From assembly GCA_002269645.1 (NCBI GenBank), contig NIVC01001035.1, positions 124,001 through 188,000 of the forward strand: 64,000 nucleotides of DNA, written 5' to 3'. Origin of the DNA: Macrostomum lignano. Its lineage: Eukaryota. Shown here in pieces: positions 24,040 through 35,405 of this stretch; position 1 is the stretch's first letter; each line of letters begins with the position of its first letter. The translations under genes and the position numbers were made by a program. The notes below the pieces were generated by a model that was not told the DNA's origin, searched no databases, and saw only the letters and a list, made by a program, of their open reading frames with translations.

Positions 24040-24760
24040 ACATAGATTATAATAAATTCTTTCTTCCGACGCGTTTCGGTCTAGCAATGACCATCTTCAG
24101 GGTCTGGTGTATTTTTAACTCACACAACAACTTTATAAGTGAACAAATGTTAACTGTACAGTCCAAAGGGCATGTCATGGGCACAATTTTTCAAAAAATG
24201 TTAAGCATAGATTGCAAGTACATTGTTCAGACTAGTGCCTTTACTTAGAATACCTTGAGCAATGGCCCGCACCACTATGGGAGAGCTGAATATTCAGATT
24301 AGGTTTTTGGTCTTTAATGTACATGGATTCAAGTTTGTTGAGCCTAAAATCAGTTCTACACCGATCAATAATTTTAAACTGCTGAGTTTGCTCAATTTTG
24401 CAACAACTGTTGCAACAGAGCAGGTGGTCTTGGTGGTCTCTGGAGCCAAATGTGGCTTATATTTGAAGCTACCGTTGGAAGTTGAATCCTAACCTACACA
24501 CATAATAGTCCTTGAGCACATTTACTTGTACAGTCTGTACTGTAATCTCCAGCATCGATTCTCTAGATGGACTCCTGCATAGCCAGCTCAAGTTGTAACT
24601 TCGATCATGCCATGCAGTTAAAGTAGAAGATAACTTTGAGCAAGTCGAGAGCATGTTGAGGGTTTTAAGATGGACAGCCGCGATAGTGCAAGTGGGTACA
24701 ACTGAGCACGTAAGCTCAGTGCTGAGTATTAGTGCGTGAGGGAGATGTTGGAGACAGAGA
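24040..24760 (-). mobile_element. Penelope-like element 3' relic (GIY-YIG endonuclease remnant plus terminal region)
   Basis: Minus-strand frames give KVIFYFNCMA, YYVCRLGFNFQR* and DHLLCCNSCCKIEQTQQFKIIDRCRTDFRLNKLESMYIKDQKPNLNIQ (Penelope GIY-YIG C-terminal pattern), with stops and frameshifts. Confidence 0.75.
24066..24102 (-). ncRNA. Minimal type I hammerhead ribozyme motif (Penelope-associated)
   Basis: CC-CUGAAGA-U-GGUC-auugcua-GACC-GAAA-CGCG-UC-GG. The core is intact and helix III is the palindrome ACGCGU, but stem I is only 2 bp. Confidence 0.7.
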
Positions 24761-25094
24761 CCGAGAGCAGTAACAGAAAAGTTGTTAACTCTTATTCGCA
24801 TGGGCTAATACGAGAAATATGAGGGCAGTTTTTGGTATCCTGGTTCTTTCGAAACTCCTCTAGAATTTAAAACCGCACTAGTATTAATTGAGTATTTATT
24901 GAACACCTGAGGTCTCAATTCTATCTAGTTTTTAATGTGCAACTTCGATGCACTTCAGATTCTTATTTGATTTTTTCTGATTAGTCATTAGTCTCTACCT
25001 TTATGCTTGCCCTTTGTGGTCTGACTGTCTAGCCTCCGATTGAAAGCGCTTAATTGATCATTGTCATCGTGAGAGAACTCGCATCGGAAGGTGA

Positions 25095-26115
25095 CTATCT
25101 CAGGTGACTGTCTCAGGTGATACTGCGTCATGGTTGACTGTTTCAGATGACTGTCTCAGGTTGACTGTCTCAGGTGACTGTCTCAGGTGACTGTATCAGG
25201 TGACTGTATCAGGTGACTGTCTCAGGTGACTGTCTCAGGTGACTGTATCAGGTGACTGTCTCAGGTGACTGTCTCAGGTGACTGTGTCAGGTGACTGTCT
25301 CAGGTGACTGTCTCAGGTGACTGTCTCAGGTGACTGTCTCAGGTTACTTTCTCAGGTGACTGTCTCAGGTGACTGTGTCAGGTGACTGTCTCAGGTGACT
25401 GTCTCAGGTGACTGTCTCAGGTGACTGTCTCAGGTGACTGTGTCAGGTGACTGTCTCAGGTGACTGTGTCAGGTGACTGTCTCAGGTGACTGTCTCAGGT
25501 GACTGTCTCAGGTGACTGTCTCAGGTTACTTTCTCAGGTGACTGTCTCAGGTGACTGTCTCAGGTGACTGTCTCAGGTGACTGTCTCAGGTGACTGTCTC
25601 AGGTTACTTTCTCAGGTGACTGTCTCAGGTGACTGTCTCAGGTGACTGTCTCAGGTGACTGTCTCAGGTGACTGTCTCAGGTGACTGTCTCAGGTGACTG
25701 TGTCAGGTGACTGTGTCAGGTGACTGTGTCAGGTGACTGTCTCAGGTGACTGTCTCAGGTGACTGTCTCAGGTGACTGTCTCAGGTGACTGTGTCAGGTG
25801 ACTGTCTCAGGTGACTGTATCAGGTGACTGTGTCAAGTGACTGTCTCAGGTGACTGTCTCAGGTGACTGTCTCAGGTGACTGTGTCAGGTGACTGTCTCA
25901 GGTGACTGTCTCAGGTGACTGTATCAGGTGACTGTATCAGGTGACTGTCTCAGGTGACTGTCTCAGGTGACTGTCTCAGGTGACTGTCTCAGGTGACTGT
26001 CTCAGGTGACTATCTCAGGTGACTGTCTCAGGTGACTGTCTCAGGTGACTATCTCAGGTGACTGTATCAGGTGACTGTATCAGGTGACTGTCTCAGGTGA
26101 CTGTCTCAGGTGACT
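25095..26115. repeat. 13-bp minisatellite (CAGGTGACTGTCT)n
   Basis: Read directly. Confidence 0.98.
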
Positions 26116-26937
26116 TGTTCAATTATCAAGAACAGGTGAGGTAACAGGTGACTCATCAGGTTTCCTTAGCCTAAATGCTAGCTAAGTGAGGGTTTATTCC
26201 TCAAACGGGTACTTTTAGATGTAAGAATAGGCAAGGATAGAGAGGGGGAGAGAGGGATAGTGTTACATTAATCAGTGAGCAAAGTAGACACGCATGTACA
26301 TGCAGAGATGGAAAGTGAGTAGCCGGTGCTGAGACACTTATCGGCTGGGTGACTCAGCATATCGCACAAGAGAGATATTAGCAGGTTTCGCAAAAAACAA
26401 TCACAAATTCTGTGAGCATAGCTTATCAATAGAAAATATGTCAGCAAATAGGACTCAACCGTGCAAGTGCGGGATGCCTGGAGAACCGCGGCCTCCAGCT
26501 ACATACGGGCAGGAGTATTATGCGAACAGACTCAAGTGGTTCGTTCAGCCATCCCGAGGGAGCAGAGCGAGAGGCCGCTCAGCACAGAGTGAGGCCCTGA
26601 GGCTGCCCGTCGCACTCGCTAGCAATTTGCCAATACATCTCACTCTGCTGTCTCACGGCCGTGCATTTTCCGCGCGCGTACAGGAGGGCATCATATCGCC
26701 CAGCCTCACTGCGCCTATGCAGGTTGCTCCATCACTCCCAGCTCCCTCTTGTCCTTTGCGCCCAGCCAAGCTTGCTGTTGTTTTCAGCTCGATTTTGAGC
26801 ACTTTGATAGATGATTTTTCATCAACTGACATGCCGCTCCCGCAGTTCACCTTCAATATCTGGGAGAGGAAAACTACTATACTCATAACGGTGAAAGAAG
26901 GTCATAGACAGGTCACCGTCAGGTCATATGATCATAA

Positions 26938-28495
26938 AACTGACACATTAATTTCTGTCAATAGACACATCAAACTGACACATTATTCAGCCATAGACAC
27001 ATCAAACTGACACATTATTCAGTCATAGACACATCAAGCTGACACATTATTCAGCCATAGACACATCAAACTGACACATTATTCAGCCATAGACACATCA
27101 AACTGACACATTATTCAGTCATAGACACATCAAACTGACACATTATTCAGTCATAGACACATCAAACTGACACATTATTCAGCCAAAGACACATCAAACT
27201 GACACATTATTCAGCCATAGACACATCAAACTGACACATTATTCAGTCATAGACACACCGAACTGACACATTATTCAGTCCAAAATACATCAAACTGACA
27301 CATTATTCAGTCATAGACACATCAAACTGACACATTATTCAGTCATAGACACATCAAACTGACACATTATTCAGCCATAGACACACCGAACTGACACATT
27401 ATTCAGTCATAGACACATCAAACTGACACATTATTCAGCCATAGACACATCAAACTGACACATTATTCAGCCATAGACACATCAAACTGACACATCATTC
27501 AGCCATAGACACATCAAACTGACACATTATTCAGCCATAGACACATCAAACTGACTGGATTAGCTCTGCCTAAAAGTGCATCAGTTAAATCCAGTCCTAG
27601 TCGAAAAGCCCGAAAACAATAAAATTCTGACAGTCTCTGAAAATGTCAGTTGAAAAGCACAGAACGCCAAACAGACAGACAATCAAGTGACATTGGGCCA
27701 TTCAGATTCGGAATGGAACAGAAAATAAAACGCGACTTTTTTATTGCATTTGCTTGAGACAATGGCTGCAGGAAATTCCGCTGTCAGTAAAAGGGACCTG
27801 TTTAGCTGGGGAGAAAAACTTCCCCATCTAATATTAGGAAGAATTTCAGATTGTGGCAAGTTCGCTCCGCCAGCATCCACTGGATAGAGCAGAGCACATA
27901 GTGAAACCCCATCTCAAGTCTGAAATCTGCTCATATCCCAGAAACCGACAGAAGTTTTGTCCGCTCGAATGAAGCGAGCAAAATCCCTGAACAAGATATT
28001 GCAAACCTAGCAACTCTCTCTAGCCTGGGTGCATCAGATGATGCTGCACGGGATAAGGCTGGGATTTCTTAGAATTGATGAAGATTGCTCTGCTATTGGG
28101 GAGTTGAGAGACAGTCAGTCCATCTGTATGGAGGCTGACTGGTTGCTTTCAAGCACTGACTTCTCCTAGATGAAATCTGAAATGCTTCGAAAGTGTCTCG
28201 TTTCGGCAAACAGCTTCCTTTGCGCCTCATCACTTGCCAAAATGAGTTTGGTAAGTCTGGCTTGAGCCGACTTGGTTTTGTGTGTTCAGGCAAAAGCTTG
28301 TTTAAACTGCGTGTTGAATTCATGATTTCGTAGGATTTGAATGCGGTCAGATGAAAGCTATGGACTGGCATCACTCATAGGCACACCGCACTGACACATT
28401 GTTCAGTAATAGACACACACCGAACTGACACATTATTCAGTAATAGACACACACCGAACTGACACATTATTCAGTAATAGACACACACTGAAACT
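26938..28495. repeat. 32/34-bp minisatellite (GACACATTATTCAGCCATAGACACATCAAACT)n in two blocks, 26938-27555 and 28375-28495
   Basis: The blocks are separated by about 820 bp of unique sequence. Confidence 0.93.
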
Positions 28496-28777
28496 CAGTT
28501 GAGTCTTATATGATCAAAAAGCAAAGCTAAGCTGAACAGTCTTCAACAATTTAGGCTCGGCAAGTTTTATAGACAGTGGAAATACAAGTATAAAAGCACG
28601 TTGAAGTACATTATGCACTATTAATTAATACTCTTAGCTAAACGCGCGAAAGCAGTTTTAAGATAATTCTGCTCTAACAGTTGCCTCGAATTGAAAGCAG
28701 ATTCACAGCCGATGCGAAAGACAATGCAGGGGACAATTTTGACTGTGCTAAGGAATGGGGCAGTGGTTCTTCTGGGA

Positions 28778-30333
28778 TCACAGCGGTACACCAGGTGAGT
28801 CAGCGGCTAAACTGAATGCCGTCTGCTGCTGCTGCTGCTCTGCTACCGAGAGCGCCAGGACCTCCTCGTAGGTCGGCAGACGGAACTCCAACTCCGAGAC
28901 GCCCGCCGCCGACTCGTCGACGCGTGGAGGCGCCGTAGGCGACAATGGACGACGCCGACTACCCGCAGTTTTGTTGCCGCCCGGCCTTGTGACGGCGGCT
29001 GCTGGCGGCTGGATTTGATGTTGCCGTCTGAGCTGCTGCTGCTGCAGCCGCTTGCGCCTCCGGTGCCGCTGGCAGGGCGCCGACGGCTCGCAGCAGCAGT
29101 AGAGAACGCAGGAAGCGGCGAAGGCGGCCGTCACGATGCCTCCGGCCACCAGCAGCAGAAGTCGCAGTCCGCCAAGTCCGCCAGGCCGCAGTTGGCGGCA
29201 CCGGGTCCACAGCCGGTCCCTGTCATAGCTGTCGGTGGTGGCACACCAGCGGAAGGCCTCCTCCGAGCCGCCGCTCGGCACGCACTGACTGTGCCAGGAG
29301 CCGTTCAGCTTGAAGGGGAACCGGCAGCGACGGCCCGGGTCGTTTCCCGCCTCGGTGGCCTCGGTGTCCGGGCAGCGGCGCTCCTGGCCCAGGCTTGTTC
29401 GACAGAACCACGAGCTGCCGCCGCTGGCGTCGCCGACGCCGCGCTGGACGCACTGCTGGCTGATGTCGTCGGAGTTTGACCAGTTGATCTGCGCTGTCGG
29501 TTGACCGAAACGGCACGGCATGAGGTCGGGCAGTTCGCGGCAGCGGGTCCACAGGCCCGAGTAGTTGCCGGCGGTGGTGGAGCACCACAGGAAGCTGCCT
29601 GCCGGTGGATGCGTTGGGGTGTCAAATGTATATGTTCGCTGGGATGGAGAGGGGAAGCTGGGGGCAAGGGGAGATGGCGGAGATGGGGAGGTGAGGAAGA
29701 GGGGGGATGAAGGAGAGGGGGAGATGAGGGAGAGAGGGAGAGGGTGATGAGGGAGAGGGGGGATGAGGGAGAGGGGGGATGAGGGAGAGAAGGAGATGAG
29801 AGAGGGAGATGAGGGAGAGAGGGAGATGAGGGAGAGTAAATAGAAGAGAGAGGAGATTGGGGAGATATGAGGAGAGGAGAGATAGGGGTGAGAAAAGATA
29901 AGGTAGGTAGAGAGGGGATCCAGGAGCAGAGACAGCCCCAGAGTCGCCCGCAGCTTCTCAAGACCGAGCAGCAAAATTAACGAACCCCTGGCATCCAGCC
30001 GCAGGCAGTGGCGGTACTCCACGCCCTTGTACCAGAAGGGGAAGTGGCACTCCCTGCCCGGGTCGCTGCCAGCATAGGTGGTCCTGGTGTCGGGCACCAC
30101 TTGTACGCGGCATCTGTGCAGTACTTGCGCGTCGTGGGGCACCACCAGGCGTCGGGACCGTGGCCGGTGTGCTGGCACTGACTGATGCTGCCCTCGGGTC
30201 CCTGTGAGGGGAACACGCAGAAGGCGTGCGGCTCTTCAACGAATGCAGTGCTGCAACTGCTGCCGAAGATGGTGATGGCTGTGGAGCCAGTCAGCTGGTT
30301 GATCAGCACAAGCAGCAGCAGCTCAGGCGGCAT
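28778..30333 (-). CDS. Type I membrane protein with fibronectin type II repeats. Exons 30333-29986 and 29598-28778; 1-bp frameshift at about 30091
   Basis: Signal peptide MPPELLLLVLINQLTGSTA; FN2 motifs CHFPFWYKGVEYRHC...WCSTT and CRFPFKLNGSWHSQC...WCATTDSYDRDRLWTRC; TM LLLLVAGGIVTAAFAASCVLYCCC; cytoplasmic LPTYEEV. Phase-1 intron GTTCGT...GGCAG. Confidence 0.8.
29640..29910. repeat. Purine-rich (GGA/GA) low-complexity tract in the FN2 gene intron
   Basis: Read directly. Confidence 0.85.
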
Positions 30334-31307
30334 GTCTGTCAGTTGAGTAGCTGTCAATCTCTAGTCCATAGCAGATTTGTTCTCAACAATAATTTAGATT
30401 ATATTGCCGTGATAGGGAAATGGTTTAGTGCGCGCGTTCCTTGCTTGTCTGCGGTTCTGATTGGTTAGGGGCTACGACAGCCAGTGAGAGCATTGTTAAT
30501 GGTTAGCTTCGGTGCAGAAGACCCGGTTGCAGATGGGTCTCGTTTTTATCCACAATTTATTAGATTTATTTTTTATTGCACTGCGCTGCGGCGCCAGGTA
30601 ATTAAAGGTCTGCTTTGGTTACAATTTTTTTGCAAGATTTATCTCAGTTGTATCTGTACCTTGATACATGTAGCTTCTAGGGGATAAGATTAGGTCTGCT
30701 CACCTGTAAGACGTTTGAGTCATAGACTGTTGTCTTGCAGTTGTCTTGAGTATAGCGTTTGGCCACTGATGATATTCAGTATATTCAGTTTATACCCAGT
30801 CAAAACTGCTCCTAAGCTCAAACTGTCTATGGCCAAACTTCTATTGAGCAACAACAACGGTTAGTTATTTAAGTGTCTATGGCAGAAAGACATTTGTATG
30901 TTCTGTTCAGGCACATACGCTCAGATAGGGATTCCGTCAGGCATTCACACTCTCTTTTTTAACAAAGCCTTTAAAAAAGGACGCAGAGTAAACATGACAA
31001 CTACCCGTGACAATTCACACCAGTGTGAATTCTGTGAATTCATTTCACGACCCACCACGGTACGTGGAGCCCACGCGGCTTCCATCCACTCATGGAATGC
31101 TTGCAAACAGATATTCCCACAATACGAGTATTTGCTCAGAGGAAGCCTTTAAACGTAGTATGGGATATTTGTGGAACTAATGGGGAAGGAAGATGCGGCG
31201 CTTTAACAAAAACTGGCTGAGTTTTTGTTGGAGAAATATAGTATGAGATTATGACAGCGGAAATAGGTGATGGATTGTAATGGAAATAGATTGACAGAAA
31301 ACTGAGG

Positions 31308-32055
<748 letters not shown>

Positions 32056-33034
32056 CAGCAACAAGCTGACAAGCAGTTAAAAAGACCCAAAGTTCAGCCG
32101 CAGCAGATCAGGATGATTGATAGGCGAGTTGCAGTTCAGCACGGCAGGCGCAGCCGGTAAGACAATGTTTGCACCCGGCTGGGTCAGATTTCTTTAAAGA
32201 AAAAAATTGCAAACTGTTTGCTAGCTCTCGCAACTGAAGCTTTCTTAGAAGAAGACCAACAAAAGTCCGCAGAGGACAGAAATATTTGTTGAGGCAACTA
32301 AAAAAACACTTCTTTGCCCTACCATTCAGTCCTGCACTGTGAAAGCTTTCAGTAAAAATTCCAGAAGGACTTGGGAAACGCATTCAGAGCGAGGCAGATT
32401 GCAGATTGTTTGCTGACAATGGCACAGCACACAGCATATAGCGACCCCTTTTAACGATCCTTTTCCATTCTGTGCATATGGCTCTCTCTCGGAAACACTT
32501 GCCAAATGATTCCTGGAGGCCAGAATACGGCCGTAGGTGCGGTCGCGATCCAGCCAGCCAGGGCAGCAGACTCAATCACGACTCTCAAGGCACGGCGCGA
32601 GGCAAATTCTAGTCCATTCTTGTCCATTATATACGCCAACCCGGCTTGGCTTTCAAAAAAAGAAGCTTTCAACGTGAAAAGTGAAACTTCCCGTTTGTTG
32701 CCAAAAGCGCGAGGCGTGCAGAGCGCTCTGAGCACAGAGTCTCTTGCTTTCAGTTTCCTTTCCCGAGTTAAGCTTTAAAGTGCAGTTGGTTTTTCGCCTC
32801 AGAGATGCTTGCTAGGAGCGTACTGGTACGTTTCTACTTAAAAGAGAAGAGCTTAGCAGAAACACGTGTGACTACTCAGTCAATCAGTAGCGTCTTTAGG
32901 GCATTTAAATAATAATCTGAATAAAAATGACTTGCTTTTTTGGAAAACATTAAGAAATGGAGCATGACAAAAGTTATGACTATTTAGTGGCTATCAAAGT
33001 AGTGTCTTGTGGCTTTTGTGGACAAGAGAAGCTG

Positions 33035-33680
33035 TACATGATAGAAGCCATGTGCATTCAAGGAACATGATAGAAGTCATGTGTGTTTAAGGAACATGAT
33101 AGAAGTCATGTGTGTTTAAGAAACATGATAGAAGTCATGTGTGTTTAAGAAACATGATAGAAGTCGTGTGTATTTAAGGAAAATGATAGAAGTCATGTGT
33201 ATTCACAGAACATGATAGAAGTCATGTGCATTCACGGATGATAGAAGTCATGTGTATTCACAGAACATGATAAGAAGTCATGTGCTTTCACGGATGATGG
33301 AAGTCATGTGCATTCACGGAACATGATAGAAGTCATGTTTATTCACAGAACATGATAGAAGTCATGTGCATTCACGGATGATAGAAGTCATGTGTATTCA
33401 CAGAACATGATAGAAGTCATGTGCATTCACGGATGATAGAAGTCATGAGTATTCACAGAACATGATAGAAGTCATGTGCATTCACGGAACATGATAGAAG
33501 TCATGAGTATTCACAGAACATGATAGAAGTCATGTGCATTCACGGATGATAGAAGTCATGTGCATTCACGGAACATGATAGAAGTCATGTTTATTCACAG
33601 AACATGATAGAAGCCATGTGCATTCACGGATGATAGAAGTCATGTTTATTCACAGACCATGATAGAAGCCATGTGTATAA
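33035..33680. repeat. 26/29-bp minisatellite (ATGATAGAAGTCATGTGYATTCACRG[AAC])n
   Basis: Read directly. Confidence 0.95.
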
Positions 33681-35405
33681 GTCAATATATTTTAATAGCG
33701 ACAGTAACACCTAACATTTCAAACGGATTAAAAACTGTCCGCCATGATGCATCGATTGATCGATGCTTTTACCAAAATGATTATTTCGTCTTAAACGCGA
33801 TTTTTCTCAATTCCCCAGCTTGCCAGCCTCCAGAAGAGTCACCGCCAGCCCTACACCAATTTCTGAGTGCGAGCCCTCAAGTTAATTAATGCGACGACGA
33901 TCCGCGAGCGTTCGAAGCCAGCAGATGGTTTCACTTTCTTTCAACTAAAACAGTTTTTAATTTACGACTTCGCTGCGTCAGTGTTAAAGTTAGTTATGTC
34001 ATATCGCGCCAGAGGAATGTTAGCTTCCTCGATTCACACCGCGTGGACAAGGCAGAAAGTTAGCAAAAAGGGGATCCGTGAATTCTCTCTGAGCCGCCAC
34101 AGAGAGAGAGAAACGGCCCCTTCTTATCGCGCCTGTAGGTGAAATATAAAAAAAGGTTAACGAAACACAGAGAGAGAGATTGTTTACAAGGCGGGCCGGG
34201 CCAGTGAAAGTGAATGAGTGCAGGGAGGCACGAAGGGGAGCTGCAGGAGCGCCCCAGGGAGAGTGGCCGGTCGGCAGTTTCAGCTGCATGGCGCCTCCAG
34301 CCACGGCCGCCGCCGCCGCCGCCGCCGCCTCAGTGGCGCCCTCAGCTCATTTCGCCAGCCATGCCAAGCCGCCCCTCCTCGCCTCCAGCTGCATTCAGTC
34401 AGTGATTTCTCTGCCTACCCTCCGCCCCTGACCAGTCGGGATGCACCAGTCTGCCTGGCGTCACGTCCAGGTGTTGTTGCTGCTTTCTCGCCTACATGTA
34501 TAGCAATCGACAAACGGGGAAAGAAAAAAATCGTAGATGATTTCTTCTGGTGACTGCGTGTCTGCTAATAACTTTGCATTGTTTCGCTTGAGAGGCCGCA
34601 GACTCAGACAAAACTGATCGTTAATGCAGCCCACCCAAGAGAGTCGTTAGCAAGTCTTTTTCAGGTAGGCCAACCGTCTGGACTGCGGGCCAAATAAAAC
34701 AGGTGCCGACGGGGTTTTTAATTACCTGGCTACTGTGTTTACCTGAGTAATTATACAGAGCTAAGCTCTTCTCCACAAGATACGAATGGAGGAGTGGGTC
34801 GCATGTATCCAGAAGAAAGATTTTATATGGACAAAGTTAAAAATAGGGCAGACTGGAGTCTGAAATCTGCGAGGGCGACGCACTGTCTGGAGCAGCGACA
34901 TCAACGTTAGCATGCACGCCACAGCCATAGGCTGGCAGACGCGGAGCCATGCAGCTTCAGACAGCCAACCAAATCGCTCACGCAGTCGCCAGCAGAGAGA
35001 GGAGAGACAGGCAGATTTTGGGGAGTTACAAGAGTCTCCTGCGCGGCGGTGCGTCGTGTCGAGATCAAACCCAATAGGAGACTAAGAAGAAGGAGCTTTG
35101 AACTCTCCTCTGCCTGAGGCCGAAGGAATTTTCAAGTCCAATACAAGAGTTGGCGCCAGCGGCGGGAGACAGCGCATAGATAGATTTACTGGCTCTTGAG
35201 GTTTGGCGCGTTTTTAGCACCGATCCGGCCGTTTGTCCGTCTGGCTCAAATATACGACTCTTATATTATTGAGCATTTCAGCCCCCGCGGAGAGTCACGG
35301 CACCAAAGCCGCACCTAGGCAGTACTCACTCAGCTCCAAGGCCTGCGTATATATTTGACTGATACAGCCATTGCATAAAAAATTCGATTCTAAAATTGCA
35401 TCGAG

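Noticed and set aside
34180-34553. GC-rich (GCC)n ORFs upstream of noggin
   Set aside because: Short, low-complexity and with no recognisable domain; may be regulatory or UTR but unsupported.
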